A stretch of DNA of 63,210 nucleotides, filler included, from Aduncisulcus paluster (taxonomy: Eukaryota): NCBI GenBank assembly GCA_024181965.1. It is 4 parts of 4 records of this genome, joined end to end, with 100 filler letters (N's around TTAATTAATTAA, not from the genome) between each part and the next. Parts side by side here need not be neighbours in the genome. Positions count along the whole stretch, not along the records: positions 26,066 to 52,858 come from BQXS01010803.1; positions 52,959 to 63,210 come from BQXS01010804.1; 2 more parts are not named here. One strand, 5' to 3'. The notes beneath the pieces are model-generated. The model had not been told where the DNA came from, ran no database searches, and saw only the letters and a list, made by a program, of their open reading frames with translations. Positions 45,672 through 55,900 of this stretch are shown one piece after another (the stretch's first letter is position 1; every line of letters begins with the position of its first letter). A program made the translations under genes and the position numbers.

Positions 45672-47039
45672 ATGGACCCATATTTCGAGCAACGATCTGC
45701 TGCTAGAGCCTTTAAAGCAAGATGTTTAAGGGAATATAATCGTCTAAAAGCTCTCCAATCTGCTAATTTGAAAAGACGCAAACAACAATTACGAGATTTG
45801 TTGGTTGCAGAGGAAGAAATGTATAGACAAGAGTTTATTGCACTTCAACCAACCATTGAAGATAAAGTTAGTGGAATGAAACAAAAATTATCTGAAATTA
45901 GGGAGAGAAAGAAGGATGAACATCAAAAATATGCGAAGCAACAAAGAGAGAGGGCTTGGAGAACTGGATGTGATGAAGTGCGTGAATATGATACTCGTCT
46001 CGAGAATAGGCTTGTTAAAGATGCGATCCAACTTCAAATTGAGGAGAAAAAAATGCTTGCTGAGTATCAGAAGAGAGAAGATGACTATTTTGTTCAACAA
46101 GATGCCCAGGATGTTGCCAAAAAGCTTAAACGTGAGAAAGATGAAAAGGCCCGTAGGACAACTATGAACCAAACATTCCGTCTTGGACTTGATTCTCAAA
46201 TGGCTGTTCGAGATTCTACACTTCAGAGAGAAAGAAAACAGCGTCTTGAAGATAACAAAGCTTTTACAAGACGTGCCGAAGATCGTATTAAACAAGAAAA
46301 AGATGAATATTTAGCCCAGCGTGCCCACGATCGTGAACATGCTGCCCTTCTCACTGAGTTCACAGCGATTAAATCAAAGCGTGATCAACGTATGAGAGAT
46401 GAAGAAAGACGTCAAGATGAGGAATTTGCCGCCCAATGTGCTGCTGATGCCAAGGCTGCCTACGATGCTGACCAAGACCGCAGATCACAGCACGCCAGAT
46501 ATATGTGTGATTATATGGAATATCAAAAACAACTCAAAGATCAAGAAAAACAACAGGAAAAAGAAGTGGAGAAGTATTTCCTCCAGGATCAAGCCAGGCT
46601 TACAGCTGCTGCTGAGGCCAAAGATAGGGCTGCTGAAGAAAAGAGGAGAGTTCTTGCCAAGCAATGTTATTCGACTTGTGATGAACTCATTGCCTCACGT
46701 CAAAAGGCCATGGATGATATCGAAAATGATATAAGAGAAGAAGGCATAAGGGCTCATAGAGATCGTCAGAGGTATTTCGATGACGAAGCCCGCAAGGAAA
46801 AGGCTAAACGTTTGGCTGCCAAGGAGGATCAGAAATTGTTGTTGGCTCAGGCTGCTGCCAAACGACAAGCAATTGCTGACGAAAAACAAAAGTTAAAAGA
46901 TGAGGAGAAAGCCATGCTTGAAGCCCAAGCTGCCGAAACACGGCGTATTAAGAGTGAGGTCGCCGCCACTGAACAACAGTTACGTGGTCGTGGTGGATCT
47001 AGACAATTTAAGAGGACAATGGCTGAATGGTATTATTAA
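45672..47039 (+). CDS. CFAP53: Cilia- and flagella-associated protein 53 (TPH domain coiled coil)
   Basis: LRDLLVAEEEMYRQE...T.E.K...M...QRERAWRTGCDEVR pattern; 455 aa coiled coil ending FKRTMAEWYY. Confidence 0.75.
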   Translation: MDPYFEQRSAARAFKARCLREYNRLKALQSANLKRRKQQLRDLLVAEEEMYRQEFIALQPTIEDKVSGMKQKLSEIRERKKDEHQKYAKQQRERAWRTGCDEVREYDTRLENRLVKDAIQLQIEEKKMLAEYQKREDDYFVQQDAQDVAKKLKREKDEKARRTTMNQTFRLGLDSQMAVRDSTLQRERKQRLEDNKAFTRRAEDRIKQEKDEYLAQRAHDREHAALLTEFTAIKSKRDQRMRDEERRQDEEFAAQCAADAKAAYDADQDRRSQHARYMCDYMEYQKQLKDQEKQQEKEVEKYFLQDQARLTAAAEAKDRAAEEKRRVLAKQCYSTCDELIASRQKAMDDIENDIREEGIRAHRDRQRYFDDEARKEKAKRLAAKEDQKLLLAQAAAKRQAIADEKQKLKDEEKAMLEAQAAETRRIKSEVAATEQQLRGRGGSRQFKRTMAEWYY

Positions 47040-47185
47040 GAAGATTTCACAATTCAAAATAAATTAATTAATAATAATTCTTGCTGCGGTTTAATTTTTC
47101 TTGCTCATACTCGACTCTCATTTCATTTTGCAGTGGATTTGTTTTTGTTTTTTCGATATTGCATACACCCCATATATATTACGAA

Positions 47186-48100
47186 ATGATTACCCAAGAA
47201 TTAGGATTTATTGTAAGTTGCGGTGCATTTAATCCCATTACGAATGCCCATTTAGCTATGTTAGACCTTTCAAGAGATTGTGTGGAGTATGATATTGGCA
47301 TCCCCGTTGTACAAGGTATTATATCCCCGGTTAATGATTCATATAAAAAGTCCACACTTATAAAAGCCAAACATAGAATCAAAATGTGTGAATTGGCAGT
47401 TTCATCAACCGAAAGATCTTGGATCAATGTGGATATATGGGAGTCAACTCAGGCCGAATATGTTCGTTCTATTAGAGTATTGGAGCGTATACGAACGGCA
47501 GCGGCACAACAATTATCTGACAATCATAAACATTACTATAAATTGTGGTGTGATGCCAAACGAGCTGATTATGATGATACCAAAGAGATCCCCGATATTG
47601 ATGGAATTAGATTCGTCCCATCTGTTTTTTTATGTTGTGGAACTGATATGTTTGCTAGTATGGCCAAACCAGGAGTATGGATTCCCCATCAACTCAAAGC
47701 ATTATTATCATCTTTTTCTCTCTTAGTTTTACAACGTCCTGGCACTGGGAAGGCGTTTTTATCTGCGAGACTTGACCTTGCAAAGCAAGATTATCCTATC
47801 GATAATGTGTTTGGTGTTGTTCCAGGTGTATCCTTCCACATCTCATCAACAGAAGTCCGCAAACGAAGTATGCAACGGAGAAGTTTGAGGTCAATTGTTC
47901 CAAAATCAGTCGAAGAATATATTTACAAAAATGAATTATACTCAAATGGTGATTCTGAAAAAGAACACGTTGAGGAGCATGTTTTTGAAAAAAAGGAAAA
48001 GTCTAGACATGAATGCAAAATATTACTCAATGTTTTTCATTCACTATCTGTATCTGTGAAAGATGGTGATGAATCTTCTATTTCACATCTATTCAAGTGA
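47186..48100 (+). CDS. NMNAT: Nicotinamide/nicotinate mononucleotide adenylyltransferase
   Basis: CGAFNPITNAH, SPVNDSYKK, HRIKMCELAV, WESTQ, CGTD, ISSTEVR, VEEYIYKNELY. Confidence 0.95.
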   Translation: MITQELGFIVSCGAFNPITNAHLAMLDLSRDCVEYDIGIPVVQGIISPVNDSYKKSTLIKAKHRIKMCELAVSSTERSWINVDIWESTQAEYVRSIRVLERIRTAAAQQLSDNHKHYYKLWCDAKRADYDDTKEIPDIDGIRFVPSVFLCCGTDMFASMAKPGVWIPHQLKALLSSFSLLVLQRPGTGKAFLSARLDLAKQDYPIDNVFGVVPGVSFHISSTEVRKRSMQRRSLRSIVPKSVEEYIYKNELYSNGDSEKEHVEEHVFEKKEKSRHECKILLNVFHSLSVSVKDGDESSISHLFK

Positions 48101-48503
48101 TTCCACTCATATAGAACATCATTTTATCATATTTACATTTTATATATCCCATATGTTTTTTAGTACTCGTCGTATCAAGGATTTTCTGATCGGATATTGT
48201 TTTGTCGCTCATCGAGGTTCAGCCATATATTAATATTCGATAAGGTGAATAAAAGGAGTAAAATTGTAGTTTTTTGTGAATTCATTCCCATTGAGGTTGT
48301 GATTCACTCAAATATGTCTAATTCCTGATGCCTTTTAAGAATTAAAATAATATCAAACAAATTGATTACATAGTATAAAGAATAGGCAATTACAAAGGTT
48401 AAAATTTCTATTTTTCTCTTGATTGGCATCTAAAAGAAAATCTACTCACAATCTATTTTTGGATGATTGAAAAAAACTGATATATATCGTCTTGTGCGTT
48501 GAT

Positions 48504-49003
48504 ATGGTTTCAAGGGCATCTGAATACAGACAGAAATCTATTGCCGAGCTTAAGGTAGTCTTGTCTACTCTTAAAGAGGACCTCCTCAAGCACCGCGTGG
48601 CCTCCATTTCATCTGCCAACCCCCAGGGCCTCACTAAGCTGTATGTATAAAGAAATATTAGTAGATTATTTATGAATAGTGAATTATATATTAGTCTAAC
48701 ATTTGTTTATATGATTTTACCCGTTATTTTCTATTTTGTAATTTTACTTTTTGTATTGAATACTGTAGTCGTGAGCTTCGTAAGAACGTTGCTTGTGTTA
48801 TGACAATCATGACCCAGAAGGCTCGTTCTGCTGCTTTTGAAGAGCACAAGGGAAAGAAGTTCCTTCCCAAGGATCTCCGTGACCGTCGTACTCGTGCCAT
48901 GCGTAGAGCTCTCAAGAAATCCGAGAAAAATAAGGTTTCTCGCCGTGTTGCCCGTAAATCTTCCAAGTACCCCATGAAATGCTTTGCTGTCAAGGCTGAA
49001 TAA
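48504..49003 (+). CDS. RPL35: 60S ribosomal protein L35 (uL29), two exons: 48504-48640 and 48769-49003
   Basis: Splicing gives 123 aa MVSRASEYRQKSIAEL...KLRELRKNVACVMT...PKDLRDRRTRAMRRAL...YPMKCFAVKAE. Confidence 0.95.
48641..48768 (+). other. Spliceosomal intron, 128 nt, GTATGT...TAG
   Basis: Very AT-rich; removal restores RPL35; CTAAC at 48696-48700. Confidence 0.92.
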
Positions 49004-49037
49004 ATTTCTTGATTGTGATATCCTTTTTTGTTTCATA

Positions 49038-51836
49038 ATGTCTTTTAATATTGAAGAATCTGGTGTTTTTTCAAATGATTTCTTTTTAGTATGCGATTCT
49101 TTCCTTCCTAAATCAGATGATTCGTCGTCAATAACTTATTATTTTTATCCTCCAATCCAAACAAAAAAAGACACATCAGAGGATGAAAAAAGAAACTTAG
49201 AATCAATATTTGGTGGTCAACTCCTAGGGCTTATGAATATGAGTGCATTAAACTTTGGAGATGAAAAACTAGTTATTTCATTAGAAAATCATGTGATTTA
49301 CTGTATTAAACGTTATAATTTGGTATTTGTATGTAAATTATAATATATTTTATTCAAGTATCTTCCTTTGACTTGTTAATTTTAATGTATATCGTTTTTG
49401 TTGTATTAGTTTGTTGGTCAATCGAGAACATCTCCTGTTTTTAAAGGATATTCTTTTTTATCGCTTTTGTCAACCTTGATTTATTTCCATTTGGGTCCAA
49501 TATGTGGTCTTTCATCGGAAGAATATGATCTACTCATTCCTCGTCCTTCCAAGCCAAAATCGTATTATTGTGATCGGGAAGAAGAATATGTTATGAAGGA
49601 AGCTCAAAAAATTAGACAATTAATTGAAATTATTCTTAATCTTTATGGATGTGTTCTTTTTGAAACCCACTACCAATTTCATCCTTCATTTTCAAAGCAA
49701 GAAATGGAAGATTTAATTAAAAAAAGTGAAGAAGAACTCATTGGTGAAAACAATGATATTCATCCCAGTGTTTCGTCGCCAGAGGCAATTGATCCCGCAT
49801 CCACAGCTTCTCCTTCATCAAGATGGGAAAAATCAACCCCTTCAGTGGTATTATCTGGACGTCAGAAATTTGAAGAGCGAATGAAACGTCGAAAACGAAT
49901 TGCAGCCACAGTCGCTGCCCATATGAGAGCAAAAGAAACTGAGAAACAAAAGGGGACCTTATTCTCAAACCCTTCAGATCCTCTTCTTCCTCTCATTTCA
50001 ACTTATTCGCATTCATTTACTCCTTTACTTCCACTTTTACCGATTCAACCGACATTTTCATCGGTTTTTATGGAAGCTAATCGATTTTTATTCTCTTTCT
50101 CTTCATCTTGCAATCTTTTTGCATCTGTTTTATCTGTTGGGGGCAGTGTTGTGTGCTCTCACTCATCGATTGAATTGGCGCATTGTATTCTATTATTAGA
50201 AAATAGTCTTTTGAGAAAGAGGAATTCGATGACATCTGAAGAAGATCATACCAAGAAATATGAAAATGGTTGTGAACACACAATTCGAAAATGTTTTATC
50301 CCACCATTGACATATGAATATCCAGATCCGAGCGCTATTAAACAGGAAAGAAGAGCACGAGGAATGAATACAACCTCTGATCATGTCGATGCCGTCCCTC
50401 TGTATGATGATGGTAGTTCAGTTACATCTTGGGAGGAATCGTATCCTCCACGTGCTCCACTTCCATTGTGTCCCTCAGCTAGCGTGGTATATCTCCATTC
50501 TGTCCGTCATGAGTCTTCACTCGTGCTCTCATTTATTTCATCATCTCGAGACCCTTGTCCAATACCTTTCAAACCCCTCTCCTTGCTCTCATCATCGATA
50601 TCCCAAGCTTTGTACTATTCTCTCCTTATCAATACACCCCAGTGTGCTGAAATACTCAAGTTGAAAGGAATGGCGCGACCAGAGTCAAAAGTTGATATTC
50701 TTCCCGATTGTGGGTTTCCGAGTATAAAGACTCAGCGTGTTACAACAGCTGAAGATATCAAAGCTGAATTTAAATCTTCAATTGAATCTGAGCAATCTGA
50801 AGATCTCCCTATTCTCTCTCTTCCTCTTCTTTCCTCCCTTGCTAATCCTTTGTACTACACTCCAAGGTCTGGAATGTGTGCTGCCAGAGTTGAACGTGGG
50901 TGGATGATGTATGATCTTTATGAAAAGGGCTGCTTGGACTGTCTGGATAGCCATCATGGTGCGTGTGCTCTCAATTCCGTCGAAGAGTCATATATGCCCA
51001 AAGAATGTCTGACTCCTTCCTTACTGCCGTCATCGACTACAACCTCTTCTGCTGTCATGCAAAGCACTGCCAAGGCTTTGGACCCTACGACGAGTCAAGG
51101 TGCTTGCGTGACCATTTTCCACTCAACATCAGCAAGAATCAAGGAAGCAAGCGTATCTTCCCTTCCAAGCCTAATTCTTGAACCACACATCCAGCATAAT
51201 ACCCACGCACACCGTCTGCTTGCTCCAATGATTCAGACATTGAGTCAAAGTCCAACATCTATCGCTATTACTGTGGCTTTCTCTCCCGGTTCACCTAAGG
51301 CTGGTCATCGTGGGAAAAAATCATTGAAGAAATTTGTTGATAAACTCAAGGATAATGGTGGATTCTTGAGTGCAGAAAAAGAGGATTGTAACCCCATTTT
51401 TGAGGTCTCTAAGGATGATCCTTTCATTGAAACTGTTTCTTGTCACGATAAAAGTGACAGAAAATTCCTTCAGCCAATTGTAGAATTTGAATTGAATCGA
51501 AAGGATATTCCGACTCGTGGGAATAATCCTAACCACAATCCTTCTTTTGCACTTGATTGTTCGTTATGCTCACTTCAACATTCCCTGGCATCTGAAATTG
51601 GAATTAGGATCATGGAAAACGTGTTCGGAACACGGTCACTCTTTGGGGAAGGAATATATGACGAGGTGATTATTAGCACTCCCGACATCACTCACATGCT
51701 GCGAGTGTTTGATACTTCAACAGCATGTGTTTCTATCGGAACAAAGTCATACGTTCTTAATGCTGAGAGTCTAAGAGCTTGTCTCCGTGCTGGAGTATGG
51801 CTTTGGAAAGATCTCTGTCAAGAGGACATTATATAA
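49038..51836 (+). CDS. HPS4: HPS4/CCZ1/INTU-family longin protein, closest to HPS4; exons 49038-49328 and 49410-51836
   Basis: FFLVCD...YYFYPP...GGQLLG (longin 1), YFHLGPI, and FMEANRFL...ASVLSVGGSVVCSHSSIELAHCILL (longin 2) match recalled HPS4 motifs. Confidence 0.62.
49329..49409 (+). other. Spliceosomal intron, 81 nt, phase 0, GTATGT...TAG
   Basis: AT-rich with an in-frame stop; removal joins two same-frame ORFs. Confidence 0.85.
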
Positions 51837-52153
51837 GATCTATTAATCAAAAGTGTTATGAGCTTGAACTGCTGAGGGAAATATTGATTCTTTGAATTTA
51901 TTGTATTCTAAGAATACTATTCTTGATAAGTATGAACAATTGTTTCTACAGATTCACCAATTATATCACAAGCAAATCAACGATATACCATATTTTAATC
52001 TGAGCAAAAATATTGAGCGAGAGGATTGAAGATATTCAAATTGCCATGAAGGATGAGTTTCTACCAGCAGAACGAATGATACGGAATATGAAACAGGTGA
52101 CTTTCTTACGTAACATGTTGAATAAATTTAAGTGATCTCATCTTCTTCGATTC

Positions 52154-52858
52154 TTATTGACCATGAAAGTTCCTCTTATCGGGTAGACCATACATACCGT
52201 GATGTTCAGGATATTCTGCAGCAACAAAATGCTCTCTAATGACGGTCTCTTTAACAATCACTTTAGTTCCTGGTGGAAGATGGGGAGGGATATGGAAATC
52301 TTGACCTTGATGAGGACTGTGACCTGGGTGAGCACCACCATGATCTTGATAATGTCTATGGCCTTGACGAGAACCACTACCACGACCTGAATGATGATAA
52401 GGACTGTGACCTGAGTGAGGATGATCTCTCTTTTTCTTGTGTTCTTTCTTTTTCTCCCATTCCCTCATCTCCCATTCCTTTCTCTCCCTCTCCTTTCTCT
52501 CCCTCTCTCTTCTTTCTGCATCCTTTTTTTCTCTTCTACGCTCCGCTTCTTTTTCTCTCTTACGTTCAGCCGCTTCTCTATCCCTTTCTTCCTGTTCTTT
52601 CTTCTCTTTTTCCTCTTTCTTTTTCTTGTCCATTTTTCGTTTTAATTCCTTCATTTCTTTCATTTCTTTCATTTCTTTTTCAAAATCCTTTTCTTTTGCT
52701 TTTCTTTCTTTCTCTTGTTTAATAGCCTCGATTTTTTCATCTTCTTCTTTCCTTTTCCTGTCTTTTTCTTTCTTTTTTCTACATTTTTCGATTTTTTCAA
52801 AAATTTCTTCTTCTTGCACATCACATGAATTTTCATTTTCATCTTCGCGAGACTCATG
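52154..52858 (-). CDS. Lys/Glu/Arg-rich charged helix plus His/Gly/Pro tail; 3' gene fragment emerging from the gap
   Basis: Open from the gap edge to TAA 52154; same strand as the repeat gene entering the gap from the other side. Confidence 0.65.
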   Translation of the reverse strand, partial: HESREDENENSCDVQEEEIFEKIEKCRKKKEKDRKRKEEDEKIEAIKQEKERKAKEKDFEKEMKEMKEMKELKRKMDKKKKEEKEKKEQEERDREAAERKREKEAERRREKKDAERRERERKERERKEWEMREWEKKKEHKKKRDHPHSGHSPYHHSGRGSGSRQGHRHYQDHGGAHPGHSPHQGQDFHIPPHLPPGTKVIVKETVIREHFVAAEYPEHHGMYGLPDKRNFHGQ

Positions 52859-52958
52859 NNNNNNNNNNNNNNNNNNNNNNNNNNNNNNNNNNNNNNNNNN
52901 NNTTAATTAATTAANNNNNNNNNNNNNNNNNNNNNNNNNNNNNNNNNNNNNNNNNNNN
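52859..52958. other. Artificial 100-nt gap spacer
   Basis: N44-TTAATTAATTAA-N44. Confidence 0.97.
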
Positions 52959-55900
52959 AAACAGCATATTTCATAAAATCAGGATACAAACCTCCATTAT
53001 CCTTACACCATGACATGTTATCATCGTATTTAGGAGATAAATGAGGAACAAGAGATGGAATTGAGGAAAAGATAGAAATCAAAGTTGACCAAAATCTCAT
53101 TCCCCGATTATGTTTCTCCTTCTTAAAGGCATTAAACCAACCATCAAGAAGATATTTAATGTTTTCATACACTTCACGAGCATGTAAGAAATTACAACAC
53201 AAATTGGAAAAGAAATCTAAAACATGAAAACATGTTCCTTTCAAAATTCCATCTCCAACGCATTCTTTCTTCACAATGGCGAGAATTGGGAAGAAGAATG
53301 GCCATATTTCAGAACATATGGTTTGATTTGGTGATTTTTCTCCCGATAACTGGGTGAGTTTTGCCAATATGATAATCCATTTTTCAAAATACTCAACATC
53401 TCGATATATTCTCAACCAAGCTTCAAGATATGGTTTGATGAGGGCGAAAATGGATGATCGAGTGGAGGAGGATCCTGAAATGGATATATTTTTGAGTGCA
53501 ATCAAAACATATTTTGGGATATTCCCTTCCAACTCCCTCTTACTTCCTCTTTCAAGAAGACGTTGAAGAGCAGGAGAGATTCGAGGAAAGAAGGAATCGA
53601 GTTCATTAACTTTAAATGAAAAATAGACACAAATACAACAATATTCATCATCAACATCTTCCTTTAATATTGTTGAAACTTTAGATAAATAATCAATAAA
53701 CGTGTAAATAAGGTCAGTAAAATCAGGAATGGGAAGATAGATGGATGGGTCGGAAATTACATGTTTCGCAAATAAAGCTAAACATTTACAACAAAGAACT
53801 ATTTCTTTTTTGTTTTCTCTAATTTTCCGCCTGGATTGATACTTACGGAAAACAGAGACAATATATTTTTTATGTTCGTGGTATAATTTAGAGGTGGATT
53901 CTGAATACGGGGTATTTTTAATGGAAGAAATTAAATTTTCTAATTTCTTTAAGTGGGGATAAAAACAATTCATAATATATTTTGAATAATCATCACTCCT
54001 ACCACCATTCTCCTTACACCATTCCATTTTGGAAGTGAATTTGGAAATCAAACAATCTATAAGAGATGGGTTGCTGGAGAGCATGGAAATGAGTTCTGAC
54101 CAATATTGGATTCCTCGATCATCATTCTTCCTCTTTATAACTTCAAACCATTCATCAAGAAGATCTTCAATGTTATTATATATTTCACGGACATGTGATG
54201 GATCACTGCACAAATTAGAGAAGAATTTTAAGACACGGATATATTTTTGCTCAATAATCTTATCCCCAACAATGGATCTTTTTACAACATCAAGAATTGG
54301 GTGGAAGAATAACCATGATTCGGAACAAATGATTTTGTTTGGAGAATCATCTTCTAATGACCAAGTCAGATCTGATAATATACTTATCCACTCTTCATAA
54401 TAGATAATTTTCTGATATAATTTCAACCAGTCTCTGATATAGGGTTTGATAAGGGTGAAAATAGATGATAGAGTGGAAGAAGATTGGGATATGGAAAGAT
54501 TTTTAAGAGTCATCAAGAACCTCTTTGGGAGATCTCCCTGTAACTTCTCCTTACAACCTCTCTCTAAAATACGTTGGAGAGTTGGAACAATCTTAGGAAG
54601 GAATAAACCAAGTTCATCAACTTGAAAAGTATAAGCAATACAAATATTACAATACTTTTCGTCAATAGATGATTCCAATACTTCCTCAACATGCGATAAA
54701 TGAACAATGAAAGTATCGATCATATCATTTAAATCAGAAATCGGAAGATATATTTCATTTCCAGAACTCATATGCATCACAATCAAGTCTAAACACTCAC
54801 AACATGATACAAACTCTGTCTTATGTTCTTCAATTTCACTCTTGGATTGATAAGCAAGGAAAACTGAAAGGAGTAATTCTCGATTTTCTTGGTAGAGTTT
54901 TGAAATTGAATCTGAGTCTCGTGATTTTAGGATGAGACGAAGCAATTTTCCCATAGATTTTGGATAATGATCACAATTTTTCCGATATTTTGTGTAATTA
55001 TCATTGACCTTTTCATTATCCTTACACCATTCCATAGCGGCATCAAATTTAGGTGATATACGAGGCACAAGAGATGGAACAGTGGAAAAAATAGAAATCA
55101 ATTCTACCCAATATTTAATTCCCCATTTGTGTGTCTTATCCTTTATCACTTCAAACCAACCCTCAAGAAGATGATTAATGTTATTAAATGCCTCAATCGT
55201 ATGAGAGAGATCACAGCACAAATTGGAGAAGAGTCTTATTATTAACACATTAGATCCCATTAACATAGTTTCTTTAATATAATATTTCTTGACCATGTTA
55301 AAAATTGGTTCTGAAAATGCCCATATCTCAGAGCAAATAGTTTTGTTCGGTGATTTATCTTCCGCTAACCAAGAAATATTTGTCAATATAACAAACCAAC
55401 TTTCATAGTACTGGCTATCATGATATACTGTCAACCAATCTTTGAAATACGGTTTTAGCAAAGAGAAAATAGATGAGCGGGTTGAATACACCTCAGAACT
55501 TGAGATATTTCGCAGAGAAATCAATAAACACTTTGCAGATTCTCCTTCTAATTTCTGCTTGCATCCTCTTTCAAGGATGCGTTGAAATGTTGGTGCGATT
55601 TTGGGAAGGAAGGAATCATTCTTATCCATACTATACTGATTTATAAATGTATTGAAAACACAAATTGTACAATACTCTTCATCAACATCAATTTCTAAAA
55701 CTTCCTCAACTCTTGACATATGCTCAAGAAAGGTATCAATAAGATCATGAAGACACGAAATAGAAAGAAATACTTTTAATCCAGAGATTTTATGTCTAAC
55801 AAACCACATTAAACACTTACAACATAACACAAGTTCTGAGTTATGTTCTTTAATATCACTCCTGGATTGATATGAATGAAAGAGAGAGAGAATGTATTCT

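Noticed and set aside
52273-52910. Phe/Ser/Leu-rich + strand ORFs as membrane proteins
   Set aside because: They are antisense shadows of the Lys/Glu-rich minus-strand CDS.
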